A stretch of 64,000 nucleotides of DNA, taken from positions 143,458 through 207,457 of the forward strand of contig DATAJY010000012.1 in assembly GCA_036261885.1 (NCBI GenBank), given 5' to 3'. The stretch is from Thermoanaerobaculia bacterium. Lineage in GTDB: Bacteria > Acidobacteriota > Thermoanaerobaculia > Gp7-AA8. The position numbers and the translations under genes are program-made. The notes under the pieces were generated by a model that searched no databases, was not told where the DNA came from, and saw nothing but the letters and a program-made list of their open reading frames with translations. This document shows, piece after piece, positions 45,734 to 56,278 of the stretch; positions within the stretch are counted from its first letter, which is position 1, and each line of letters starts with the position of its first letter.

Positions 45734-47785
45734 ATGGGTGTCTTACTCGAAACTCAGGTCCTCACGCCGCCGATCGCGAAGAAGGTGCGCACCACCGCGG
45801 TGCTGCACGGCGACGAGCGCATCGACGATTACGCGTGGCTGCGCGAGAAATCGCACCCCGATGTGCTCGCCTATCTCGAGGCCGAAAACGCGTACGCCGA
45901 TGCGCTGATGAAGCCGACCGAGCCGCTGCAGCAGGAGCTCTACGCCGAGATCCTCGGCCGGCTGAAGCAGACGGACATGAACGTCCCGTTCCGCAAAGGC
46001 GACTGGTTCTATTACTCGCGGACGGAAGAGGGCAAGCAGTATCAGATCTGGGCGCGCAAACGCTCCCTCGATGCCCCTGAAGAGATCATCCTCGACGTCA
46101 ACGAGCTCGCCGAAGGACAGGAGTACATGTCCATCGGCGCGCTCGAAGTGAGCGACGACGCGAATCTCCTCGCGTACGCCACCGACGACACCGGCTATCG
46201 CGAATACACGCTCTACGTCAAGGATCTCCGCACCGGAGAAGTGCTCGGCAAGATCGCCGAGGCTGCCGAATCGATCGAATGGGCCGCGGACAATCGGACG
46301 ATCTTCTATTCGATCGAGAACGACGCCAAGCGGCAGTACCGCGTCTATCGCCACGTCCTCGGCACCGACGAGCACACGCTGATCTACGAGGAAGACGACG
46401 AGCTCTTCGACGTCTGGGTGGAACGTTCGCGCAGCGGCGACTGGATCTTTCTCGTCTCCGATTCGAAGACCACGAGCGAGATCCGCATCATCGATGCGCA
46501 TGCGCCGGAGAGCGCGCCGCGCGTGGTCGTTCCGCGCCGGGAAGGACATCAGTACTACGTCGAGCATCGCGGCGAATCGTTCTACGTGATGACCAACGAC
46601 GCCGGCATCAACTTCCGAGTCGTAACCACTCCGGTTACAGATCCGGATGAAACGAACTGGCGCGAGCTCGTGCCGCATCGTCCGCCGGTGCGCATCGAGT
46701 CGATCGATCTTTTCGCCAACCACATGGCCGTCCATCTCTGGGAAGACGGTCTCAGTCATCTCGAGATTCACGATCTGCGCGGTGGCGATGCGCATCGGGT
46801 GAGCTTTCCGGAGCCGGCGTACGCACTGTTCGCGAACGCCAATCCGGAGTTCGAGACCAACATCCTCCGCTACACCTACCAGTCGTTCATCACGCCGCCG
46901 TCGACGTATGACTACGACATGGATACGCGCGAGCAGACGCTGCTCAAACGGACCGAAGTGGTCGGCGGTCACGATCCGTCGCTGTTCAAGGTGGAGCGCA
47001 TCTTCGTGCGCGCGGACGATGGCGCCGATGTGCCGGTGTCGATCGTCTATCGCCGCGATCTCGATCCGCACGGTGTGAATCCGCTGCTGTTGTACGCATA
47101 CGGTTCGTACGGCGCGTCGATGCCGGCCACGTTCAACCTCTCCCGCCTTTCTCTCCTCGGCCGCGGCGTCGTCTATGCGCTCGCGCATATCCGCGGCGGC
47201 GGCGAGATGGGGAAGGAGTGGCACGAGCAGGGACGGATGATGTCGAAGCGGAACACGTTCACTGACTTCATCGCCGTGGCCGAGCACCTCATCGAAGAGA
47301 AATGGACCTCGCCCGGGAAGCTCGCGATCATGGGCGGCAGTGCCGGCGGCCTGCTGGTCGGCGCCGTCGTGAACATGCGCCCGGAGCTCTTCAAGGCGGC
47401 CATCGCCATCGTGCCGTTCGTCGACGTGATGAACACGATGCTCGACGCCTCGATCCCGCTGACGACGCAGGAGTACATCGAGTGGGGCAATCCGAACGAG
47501 CGGGAGGCGTACTTCTACATGAAGAGCTACTGCCCGTACTCGAACGTGCGCGCGCAGTCGTACCCGGCCATGCTCGTGCGCACCTCGCTCAATGACTCGC
47601 AGGTCGGATACTGGGAAGCGGTGAAGTGGGTGGCCCGCCTGCGCGCGATGAAGACCGACGCGCATCCGCTCGTGCTGCGCGTGAACATGGGTGCGGGACA
47701 CGGCGGCGCGTCCGGACGCTACGACAAGTTGCGCGAGGACGCGCACGACTACGCGTGGCTGCTCACGACGCTCGGCGCACGGTAG
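45734..47785 (+). CDS. ptrB: Oligopeptidase B / prolyl oligopeptidase family S9A
   Basis: 683 aa. N-terminal beta-propeller region (DDYAWLRE) and catalytic GGSAGGLL, with C-terminal Asp/His region motifs. Confidence 0.85.
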   Translation: MGVLLETQVLTPPIAKKVRTTAVLHGDERIDDYAWLREKSHPDVLAYLEAENAYADALMKPTEPLQQELYAEILGRLKQTDMNVPFRKGDWFYYSRTEEGKQYQIWARKRSLDAPEEIILDVNELAEGQEYMSIGALEVSDDANLLAYATDDTGYREYTLYVKDLRTGEVLGKIAEAAESIEWAADNRTIFYSIENDAKRQYRVYRHVLGTDEHTLIYEEDDELFDVWVERSRSGDWIFLVSDSKTTSEIRIIDAHAPESAPRVVVPRREGHQYYVEHRGESFYVMTNDAGINFRVVTTPVTDPDETNWRELVPHRPPVRIESIDLFANHMAVHLWEDGLSHLEIHDLRGGDAHRVSFPEPAYALFANANPEFETNILRYTYQSFITPPSTYDYDMDTREQTLLKRTEVVGGHDPSLFKVERIFVRADDGADVPVSIVYRRDLDPHGVNPLLLYAYGSYGASMPATFNLSRLSLLGRGVVYALAHIRGGGEMGKEWHEQGRMMSKRNTFTDFIAVAEHLIEEKWTSPGKLAIMGGSAGGLLVGAVVNMRPELFKAAIAIVPFVDVMNTMLDASIPLTTQEYIEWGNPNEREAYFYMKSYCPYSNVRAQSYPAMLVRTSLNDSQVGYWEAVKWVARLRAMKTDAHPLVLRVNMGAGHGGASGRYDKLREDAHDYAWLLTTLGAR

Positions 47786-47842
47786 CGCCGACGTTCCGCT
47801 GATACACTCCACGGCGTTTCGTTTGCAGACGCAGGATCACAC

Positions 47843-48760
47843 ATGCCGCACGCTGAGCCGTTGACCACCCGGATCGCCGAGGGACCGCTTCCTGCCGAAG
47901 AGGTCGTGCAGATCGGGAAACGCATCGCGGAGGCGGTGGCGATGATGGCCGTGCACGGCGAGTTGTGGCCGGGCGCGATCACCCTCGACGACGACGACAT
48001 CGACATCGGTCCGGCCGGCACCGAGGATCGCTGGCTGTATGGACACTACGCCGCGCCGGAGCGCGTTCTCGGCAAGCTCGCGACGTATGAATCCGACGTG
48101 TTTTCGATCGGCGCGATTCTGTTTCACGCGCTTTCCGGACGTCTGCCCTTCCGCGGTGACACCCCTGCGCAGGTCATGATGGCCATCTGTACCGATGCGC
48201 CGCTCGACCTCCCTCCGGATGCGCCGCGCGAGCTCGCCGCGATCATCCAGCGTTGCCTGATGCGCGAGCCGTCGGCGCGCTACCCGACGCCGGCCGTGCT
48301 GCGCGACGCGCTCGATGCTCTGACCGCGAAACGCGAATACGCCGGACGGCGCATTCTGGTCGCGGACGACGAGGCCGATCTTCGCGATGCCTACGCGCGC
48401 CTCACCTCGCGCCTCGGCATTGAAGCGGACATCGTCGGCAGCGGGCGCGAAGCGATCACGGCGCTGAAGGCGCGCCGTTACGATCTGGCGCTGCTCGACC
48501 TGAACATGCCCCGCCTCAGCGGCTGGGAAGTGCTCGATTTCCTCCGTGGCCGCACCGAGATCCGTCCCCGCCGCCTCTTCATCGTCACCGGCTTCACCGA
48601 CCAGCGCATCAGCGACGCCGACCGCGACCTCGTCGACGCCGTGATCTACAAACCAGTCGCCCCCGACGAACTCCGCACCCTCCTCACCGAATGCCTCGGC
48701 GGCGGCGAACTGATCCTGCGAAACGTGCTCCGCACGACGAAGCACCTGGCTTACGCGTAG
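47843..48760 (+). CDS. Kinase C-lobe-like (pseudokinase) domain fused to response-regulator receiver
   Basis: 305 aa. YAAPE...SDVFSIGAILFHALSGRLPF...RCLMREPSARY is the C-lobe. There is no Gly-loop/VAIK, and HGELWPGAI replaces HRDxKxxN. The C-terminal REC is ILVADDEADL...LLDLNMPRLSG...KP. Confidence 0.7.
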   Translation: MPHAEPLTTRIAEGPLPAEEVVQIGKRIAEAVAMMAVHGELWPGAITLDDDDIDIGPAGTEDRWLYGHYAAPERVLGKLATYESDVFSIGAILFHALSGRLPFRGDTPAQVMMAICTDAPLDLPPDAPRELAAIIQRCLMREPSARYPTPAVLRDALDALTAKREYAGRRILVADDEADLRDAYARLTSRLGIEADIVGSGREAITALKARRYDLALLDLNMPRLSGWEVLDFLRGRTEIRPRRLFIVTGFTDQRISDADRDLVDAVIYKPVAPDELRTLLTECLGGGELILRNVLRTTKHLAYA

Positions 48761-48763
48761 GGG

Positions 48764-49314
48764 GCATTCGCGCGTTCGTGGGGTCCCGCTTCGTGTCATC
48801 CCGCGCCTTCGGCGCGGGATCCCCTCCCGACGAAGCAGGGGGATCCCGTGCTGACGCACGGGATGACACGTGAACCGAACGTGCTCACGGTTCGTCGCGC
48901 GTTCATGGTGTCCCGTGTCATCCCGCGCCTTCGGCGGGGAGGGGATCCCGTGCTGACGCACGGGATGACACGGCAACAAACGCGTTCGCGTGTTCATCGC
49001 GCGTTCATGGTGTCCCGTGTCATCCCGCGCCTTCGGCGCGGGATCCCCTTCCCACGAAGCAGGGGGATCCCGTGCTGACGCACGGGATGACACGTGAACC
49101 GAACGTGCTCACGGTTCATCGCGCGTTCATGGTGTCCCGTGTCATCCCGCGCCTTCGGCGGGGAGGGGATCCCGTGCTGACGCACGGGATGACACGGCAA
49201 CAAACGCGTTCGCGTGTTCATCGCGCGTTCGTGATGTCCCGTGTCATCCCGCGCCTTCGGCGCGGGATCCCCTTCCCACGAAGCAGGGGATCCCGTGCTG
49301 ACGCACGGGATGAC
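48764..49314. repeat. 224-bp tandem repeat array (alternating 122- and 102-bp subunits), about 2.4 copies
   Basis: GTGTCATCCCGCGCCTTCGG recurs at 48793, 48915, 49017, 49139 and 49241 (spacings 122, 102, 122, 102). Copies 48793-49016 and 49017-49240 differ at about 5 positions. Each subunit holds perfect hairpins (ATCCCGCGCC-TTC-GGCGCGGGAT; ATCCCGTGC-TGAC-GCACGGGAT). Confidence 0.9.
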
Positions 49315-49457
49315 TCGCGTGTAACCGGTTCCACCAATCACCACTCCAGGGGATGACCGGAATTTGTGCAACTTTCATGTTGCCCGATCGCCTTTTTTCC
49401 ATTTACTATCCGCGCATCCCACCAACAATCAGGCGAACGTCTCGGGGGGAGGGTGTG

Positions 49458-49970
49458 ATGGGGGAGATGAGGCTGTTCCAGTTGTGCTACGAGGGCGATC
49501 TCACCGTCGAGGTCTCTCACGTGATGCGCCGTCTCGGCGCGGAGCCGAATTTCGACCAGAGCTGGCAGGTGTTTCTGCCCGAAGGCCGCCACGCCGCTCC
49601 GCTCGTCCGCTACGTCCGCTCGCAGCTCCGCGAAGACTCGCGTCTTCTCGTGGCCTGCACGCAGTTCACCACCAGGCGGGACTTCCTGCTCGTGCGCCAC
49701 AGCCTCACGCCCGGCGCCGACTACTCGGAGCTGCACGATGCACTCGAACGCCTCGGCATGATCGTCGAACTGCCGTTCGAGTCGACGTTCGTGATCGCCA
49801 GCGATGACCGCACCGACGTGCGTACCCTCGGCGAAGCACTCGGCGAGCTGTGTCCCGACGAGTCGCTCATGGTCACCGGCATCAGCCACGACTGGGCGTA
49901 CTGCAACTCCGGCATCTCGCGCATGTTCGTCGCGAGCGAGGCCGAAGAGGCGCAGTTCAAAGGCTTCTGA
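49458..49970 (+). CDS. Hypothetical protein
   Basis: ATG 49458 is preceded by a G-rich SD-like GGGGGGAGGG. 170 aa. No family recognised. Confidence 0.5.
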   Translation: MGEMRLFQLCYEGDLTVEVSHVMRRLGAEPNFDQSWQVFLPEGRHAAPLVRYVRSQLREDSRLLVACTQFTTRRDFLLVRHSLTPGADYSELHDALERLGMIVELPFESTFVIASDDRTDVRTLGEALGELCPDESLMVTGISHDWAYCNSGISRMFVASEAEEAQFKGF

Positions 49971-49980
49971 GCGCGGCGCG

Positions 49981-51306
<1,326 letters not shown>

Positions 51307-51450
51307 GGCCGCACCTTACCGGAAAACCGACGGTACGCAAGACGGAGGAAGACACGAGCGGTCGCGAATCCGTCACGAGAGGCTCGCTGCCCGTTGGCGG
51401 CCGTCAGGGCGGAGTGCCGGACCGTCGACGGACGATGGTTGATCAGGATT

Positions 51451-51464
51451 TGCATCGCGATGCA
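51451..51464. promoter_or_regulatory. 14-bp perfect palindrome in divergent POT promoter region
   Basis: TGCATCGCGATGCA, flanked by A/T. Lies between the two divergent POT genes. Confidence 0.25.
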
Positions 51465-51593
51465 TTTCCGGCTCCTGGCATACCCGCCGGGAAATCACAC
51501 CAGACAATGACCACCAATCGCTAACCAAACCTCACGCACATCTTGTATCGTCCGCCGAACACAAATCACGTCCGTACGCGGAAGGAAACGTTG

Positions 51594-53120
51594 ATGGCCA
51601 CTGCGACCACCGAGAAACATCCTCGAGGACTGTACGTGCTGTTCGGGACGGAGATGTGGGAGCGCTACAGCTTCTACACCGTCGCCGCGATGCTCACCTT
51701 GTACCTGCGCGATACCACGCAAGGGTTCTCGATGACCAACGCGCAGGCGGCGTCGATCTACTCGACGTACAACATGTTCATCTACTTCACGCCGCTGCTC
51801 GGCGGTCTCATTGCCGACCGGCTGACCGGCTATCGCAAGGCCATCGTCATCGGCGGCATCGCCTTCATGATCGGCCATGCGCTGCTCGCGGTGCCGAACA
51901 ACCTCTGGATCTGCTACGCCGCGCTCGCCTTCCTCGTGCTCGGCAACGGCTTCTTCAAGCCGAACGTCTCCTCGATGGTCGGCAACCTCTATCGGGAAGG
52001 CAGCCATCTCAAAGACAAGGCCTACCTGATTTTCTACATGGGCATCAACGTCGGTGCGACGCTGGCGCCGATCGTTGCCGCGTTCGTGCAGCCGAAGTGG
52101 GGATTCCATCCCGCCTTCTTTCTCGGCGCCGTCGGCATGCTCATCTCTCTCGTCGTCTTCGGGATGAACCAGAAGCACGTGCGCCACGCCGATCGCGCCA
52201 AGGCGAAGCTCGAGACGCAGATCGATGCGAAGGCCGTCGCGGTCACCGAAGACCTTCCGCCGACGCCGGAAGCGGCGGCCATGGCGGCCGTTCCGGAGTG
52301 GAAGCGCATCGCCGCGCTGATCGTCATTTTCCTCATCGTCATCGTCTTCTGGATGGCCTTCCACCAGAACGCCATCTCGCTGACCTTCTTCGCGAACGAT
52401 CATTCGCGCCAGCTGCCGGGCATTCTCTCGAACGCCATCAACCCGCTCTGGATCATCATTCTCTCGATTCCGCTGGCGATGTTCTGGACGTGGCTCGACA
52501 AGAAGAACCTCGAGCCGTCGACGCCGATGAAGATGATGTTCGGCATGGTCCTCACCGGCCTCGCCTTCGTCGTGCTCAACCTCGCCTCCACCTCCGGCGG
52601 CTTCACGAAACCGGTGGCCCCGGTCCTCGAATCCGATGCCACGGGCTCCTACATCGCCATTTCGCCGGAAGCGCGCGAGCATCTGAAGATCACCGTTCCG
52701 CCGGCCAAGCAGATCGACGGAAAGAACGTCTGGCGCGTCAATGCGCCGAACGTCGCCAAAGGCGAGTATCTGCGCCTCGAGAACACCAGCGGCAGCGAGC
52801 TCACCGTGGCCACGACCTCGCGCGTCTCGGCGATGTGGCTCGTGATCGCCTACTTCATCCTCTCGCTCGGCGAGTTGATGCTCAGCCCGATGGGACTCTC
52901 GCTGGTCTCGAAGGTCGCGCCCATCCGCATGCGCGGCCTGATGATGGGCGGCTGGTTCGCGGCCACCGCCATCGGCAACAAGCTCACCGGGATCGCCAAG
53001 TACTGGGATCTCTGGAGCCACTCCTTCTTCTTCCTCATCATCGCGTCGCTCGCGTTCGTGATGGCCGTGGTCTTGCTCGTTCTTCTGCGACCGCTGAAGA
53101 AAGCGATGCCCGGAGTTTGA
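51594..53120 (+). CDS. POT/PTR2 family peptide transporter (long form with extracytoplasmic insert)
   Basis: ATG 51594 with SD GGAAGGAAA. HPRGLYVLFGTEMWERYSFYTVAAMLTLYL. 508 aa. Confidence 0.9.
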   Translation: MATATTEKHPRGLYVLFGTEMWERYSFYTVAAMLTLYLRDTTQGFSMTNAQAASIYSTYNMFIYFTPLLGGLIADRLTGYRKAIVIGGIAFMIGHALLAVPNNLWICYAALAFLVLGNGFFKPNVSSMVGNLYREGSHLKDKAYLIFYMGINVGATLAPIVAAFVQPKWGFHPAFFLGAVGMLISLVVFGMNQKHVRHADRAKAKLETQIDAKAVAVTEDLPPTPEAAAMAAVPEWKRIAALIVIFLIVIVFWMAFHQNAISLTFFANDHSRQLPGILSNAINPLWIIILSIPLAMFWTWLDKKNLEPSTPMKMMFGMVLTGLAFVVLNLASTSGGFTKPVAPVLESDATGSYIAISPEAREHLKITVPPAKQIDGKNVWRVNAPNVAKGEYLRLENTSGSELTVATTSRVSAMWLVIAYFILSLGELMLSPMGLSLVSKVAPIRMRGLMMGGWFAATAIGNKLTGIAKYWDLWSHSFFFLIIASLAFVMAVVLLVLLRPLKKAMPGV

Positions 53121-54154
53121 TGACGCTGCCGATCGAAGAGAACGTTCCTCTCGCGCCGTTGACCACCATCGGGATTGGTGGTCCGGCGCGATTCTTTTTC
53201 CGCGCCACGACGGTCGATGAAGTGCGCGAGGCGCTGGCGTGGGCGCACGAGCGCCGGCTCGACGTCTTCGTTCTCGGCGGCGGCAGCAACCTGCTGATCC
53301 GCGATGAGGGCTTCGACGGCCTCGTGCTGCACATCGATCTGCGCGGCATCGTCGTGGAGAGCGAAGACGAGTTCGCCATGGTGCGTGTCGCGGCGGGCGA
53401 GCCGTGGGATGACTTCGTCGCCTTCGCGGTCGCGCATCGTTACGCCGGCATCGAGTGTCTCTCGGGCATCCCGGGATCGACCGGCGCGACGCCGATTCAG
53501 AACGTCGGCGCGTACGGGCAGGACGTCAGTGAAACGATCGTGCGCGTCGAGGCGCTCGATCGCACGCGCGATCGGGTGATCACGCTGACGAAATGGGATT
53601 GCCGCTTCGGCTATCGCTCCAGCCTGTTCAAGAATTACGAGCGCGATCGCTACATCGTCGTCGGCGTGACGTTCCGCCTGAAGGTGGGCGGCTGCGCGAC
53701 GATTCGCTATCCCGAGCTGCAGACGTTCGTCGAGGAGCGAGGCATCTCGGTCGACGATCTGCATGGTGTGCGCGAGGCGGTGATCGCCATTCGCAAGCGC
53801 AAGGGGATGGTGCTCGATCCCCAGGATGTCGACACGCGCAGCGACGGCTCGTTTTTCATGAATCCGGTGCTGACGCTGGAGCAGTACGAAGAGTTCGCGC
53901 GCGTTGCGCCCGAGGCGCCGCACTATCCGGCAGGAAACGAAGTGAAGTTGTCGGCGGCGTGGCTGATCGAGCATGCCGGGTTCGCGAAAGGATTCGTGCT
54001 CGGCAACGTCGGGCTGTCGTCGAAACACACGCTGGCGGTGATCAATCGCGGCGGAGGAACGGCCGCGGAGATCCGGATGCTCGTGGCGTTGATTCAGGGA
54101 GCGGTGCGTGAGAAATTCGGCGTCGCGTTACATCCGGAACCGAATTTCATTTAG
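53120..54154 (+). CDS. murB: UDP-N-acetylenolpyruvoylglucosamine reductase
   Basis: The ATG shares its A with the upstream TGA. LAPLTTIGIGGPARFF, FVLGGGSNLL, and C-terminal SAAWLIE..GFAKG motifs. Confidence 0.9.
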   Translation: MTLPIEENVPLAPLTTIGIGGPARFFFRATTVDEVREALAWAHERRLDVFVLGGGSNLLIRDEGFDGLVLHIDLRGIVVESEDEFAMVRVAAGEPWDDFVAFAVAHRYAGIECLSGIPGSTGATPIQNVGAYGQDVSETIVRVEALDRTRDRVITLTKWDCRFGYRSSLFKNYERDRYIVVGVTFRLKVGGCATIRYPELQTFVEERGISVDDLHGVREAVIAIRKRKGMVLDPQDVDTRSDGSFFMNPVLTLEQYEEFARVAPEAPHYPAGNEVKLSAAWLIEHAGFAKGFVLGNVGLSSKHTLAVINRGGGTAAEIRMLVALIQGAVREKFGVALHPEPNFI

Positions 54155-54162
54155 CGCGGCGG

Positions 54163-54600
54163 CTACTCCATCCCGCCCGCGGTCGGGATCATGCGCATCT
54201 TCTTCGACGCCCGTTCCTGTTCACGCTCGATCAGTCGCTGCTTCTTGCGCTCGAGCGACTCCGCGTCTTTCACGGCCATGCCGCTCTTGAAGAGCGAGTT
54301 CACGGCCAGCGCGTAGGTCGGATCGGGTTGCAGCTGAATGCCGGTGCGGTAGACGAGACCGGCCGGCGTCGGAATCATCTGGCTCCAGATCACTTTGCCC
54401 TGCACGAGCGCGGTGACGTCGCCGATTTTGAATGAGAACTTGCCGGCCGTTCCGATGCGCACCGATTGTGCGTGTTCGAGTTTCGCGCCGCCGATGCTGA
54501 CGTCGAGGATCGAAGCCTCGAGCGGGCCGAAGGTGCCGGTGAGCGGTTGCACGAGGACAAAGCGCGCGTTTTTGCGAACTTCTGCGACTTCGATTTCCAT
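54163..54600 (-). CDS. PilZ-domain protein
   Basis: 145 aa. RKNARF (RxxxR-like) and DVSIGGAKLE (D/NxSxxG) motifs. Confidence 0.7.
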   Translation of the reverse strand: MEIEVAEVRKNARFVLVQPLTGTFGPLEASILDVSIGGAKLEHAQSVRIGTAGKFSFKIGDVTALVQGKVIWSQMIPTPAGLVYRTGIQLQPDPTYALAVNSLFKSGMAVKDAESLERKKQRLIEREQERASKKMRMIPTAGGME

Positions 54601-54623
54601 TGTGTGGGGAACCCGCGGCGATT

Positions 54624-55043
54624 TTAACCGCCTTCGACGTACGGCGCGAGCTTTTCACGCACCACAGCGGGCACAGCCACAGGCCGGAACGCACCCTTTT
54701 CCACGCTGACGAGAATGTATTTCCCCGTCGCGACGACCTCGCCCGGCCGCTCTTTGCGCGTCACCTCGAAGTGCAGATGAATGGAGCTCTCGCCGATCTT
54801 TCCGAAGAACGCATCGACGACGAGCAGCTCATCGAGCGTGACCGGTTTCAGGAAATCGCACTCGACGTGCACGCGCGGCAACCACACGCCGAGCTCTTCG
54901 AACAGCGTGCGATACGGCAGTCCGCACGAACGGAACAACTCCACTTCCGCCAATCCAAAAAAGCGGAGGTACGCCTGATAGTTGATGATCCCCGCCGCAT
55001 CAATGTCTTCCCAGCGAACATATTCGGAAACCTGGAAACGCAT
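54624..55043 (-). CDS. 4HBT-fold acyl-CoA thioesterase (YbgC-like)
   Basis: Internal ATG 55043, 139 aa. VRWEDIDAAGIINYQAYLRFF is a typical hot-dog thioesterase N-terminus. Confidence 0.8.
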   Translation of the reverse strand: MRFQVSEYVRWEDIDAAGIINYQAYLRFFGLAEVELFRSCGLPYRTLFEELGVWLPRVHVECDFLKPVTLDELLVVDAFFGKIGESSIHLHFEVTRKERPGEVVATGKYILVSVEKGAFRPVAVPAVVREKLAPYVEGG

Positions 55044-55051
55044 GGGGGAAT

Positions 55052-55210
55052 GGTAGTCGGTAGTCGGTTGTCGGGAGTCGGTTGTCGGGAGTCGGGGGAC
55101 CACCACCCTCCCACGATTTCCTGCGATTGCGATGCTTCGCCAACCGCCAACCGCCAACTGCCAACCAAAGTCGGTTCCCCCGACAACCGACAACCGACTC
55201 CCGACAACCG
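55052..55210. repeat. Heptamer-armed element E4 (three heptamer families)
   Basis: Left arm: six units TAGTCGG TAGTCGG TTGTCGG GAGTCGG TTGTCGG GAGTCGG (55054-55095). The core starts CCACCACCC and contains CCAACCG CCAACCG CCAACTG CCAACCA (55140-55167). Right arm: CCGACAA CCGACAA CCGACTC CCGACAA (55180-55207). Confidence 0.85.
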
Positions 55211-55265
55211 CCTGTTAACCAACAGCGCTCTTCTCCCGTATTAGCTCCGAATCGGAGGCTTTCAC

Positions 55266-55700
55266 ATGGAAATGATTCCCATCATCGGCATTCTTTCGAG
55301 CTCGGCGATGGTCGTTCTGGTCGTCTTTTTTGTGACGCGGGGGCGGCAGCGGCGGGTGGAGGTGCAGACGGAGATGCAGGCCAAGTTGATCGATCGTTTC
55401 GGCACGGCGCCGGAGCTGATCGAGTTTCTTCACTCGCCGGCCGGGCGTCAGTTCGTCGCGGGCGTACAGACGGCGCCGGCGATTCTCACGCGCGAGCGCG
55501 TGCTCGGCGGAATGACGCGGGCCATCGTGCTGACGTGTCTCGGCAGCGCGTTCCTTCTCCTCACGTTCGTATACGAGGACAATTTCGCGGTTCCGGCGGC
55601 CATTCTTCTTTCCCTCGGCATCGGGTATCTGATCTCGACGGTTCTCTCGTACAAACTGTCGGGCAAGTTCATCACCAACGATCTCACTCCTGGTGTCTGA
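55266..55700 (+). CDS. Small membrane protein, unknown function
   Basis: 144 aa with an N-terminal TM and two C-terminal TMs. Directly precedes the ECF sigma gene. Confidence 0.55.
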   Translation: MEMIPIIGILSSSAMVVLVVFFVTRGRQRRVEVQTEMQAKLIDRFGTAPELIEFLHSPAGRQFVAGVQTAPAILTRERVLGGMTRAIVLTCLGSAFLLLTFVYEDNFAVPAAILLSLGIGYLISTVLSYKLSGKFITNDLTPGV

Positions 55701-55702
55701 TC

Positions 55703-56278
55703 ATGTTCGCCGCCGCATGGACGACCGCCGCGACGCTCCCGAAAGAAGAGCGCACGCGCACGGGGAAGCCCGGTCCGATGGATGAAGCGCGATTCGAGAC
55801 GTTCTATCGCCGCAACGCGGGAGCGCTCTGGTCGTATCTCTATCGTCTGACCGGCGATTCCTCGGCGGCGGACGACCTGTTGCAGAAAGCGTTCTTCCGC
55901 TTTCTGCGCGCCAACCCGCTCGTCGAAAGCGACGAGCACCTGCGGCGCTGGCTGTTTCGTACGGCCACCAATCTCGCCTTCGATCACTTCCGCGAAACGA
56001 AGCGCGAGCGGGCGCACGGTGAGTCGGCCGACGAAGCGGTCGCGCCACCCGAGTCGCGCGAGTGGCTGCGTCACGACATGATGAAAACGTTCGCCGAGCT
56101 CAAGCCGCGCGAGCGCGCGCTGCTGTGGCTCGCGCACGTCGAAGAGGCGGATCATGAAGACATCGGCGACACCCTCGGCGTGAAAACGAAGAGCGTGAAA
56201 GTGCTGCTGTTCCGCGCCCGCCGCAAGCTCGGCGAGCTGCTCACGAAGAAAGGACTGGCCCCGGAGGTGACGCGATGA
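55703..56278 (+). CDS. ECF-type RNA polymerase sigma-70 factor
   Basis: Region 2 (ADDLLQKAFFRFL...RWLFRTATNLAFDHFR) and region 4 (ALLWLAHVEEADHEDIGDTLGVKTKSVKVLLFRARRKL). The start could be ATG 55703 or 55778. Confidence 0.85.
   Translation: MFAAAWTTAATLPKEERTRTGKPGPMDEARFETFYRRNAGALWSYLYRLTGDSSAADDLLQKAFFRFLRANPLVESDEHLRRWLFRTATNLAFDHFRETKRERAHGESADEAVAPPESREWLRHDMMKTFAELKPRERALLWLAHVEEADHEDIGDTLGVKTKSVKVLLFRARRKLGELLTKKGLAPEVTR

Noticed and set aside
48764-49314. Possible CRISPR array (regularly spaced GC-rich palindromic repeats)
   Set aside because: The inter-repeat segments are not unique spacers. They alternate between two sequences and are duplicated almost exactly (224-bp higher-order unit). 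The periodicity of 122/102 bp is far from the CRISPR range of 60-75 bp. No cas genes are in the window.
47837-49371. ORFs 47837..49093(-), 48994..49371(-), 48848..49078(+), 49072..49356(+) with repeated peptide blocks
   Set aside because: They are generated by the 224-bp tandem array. The repeated CHPVRQHGIP.../MTREPNVLTV... blocks mirror the DNA repeats and have no coding signature.
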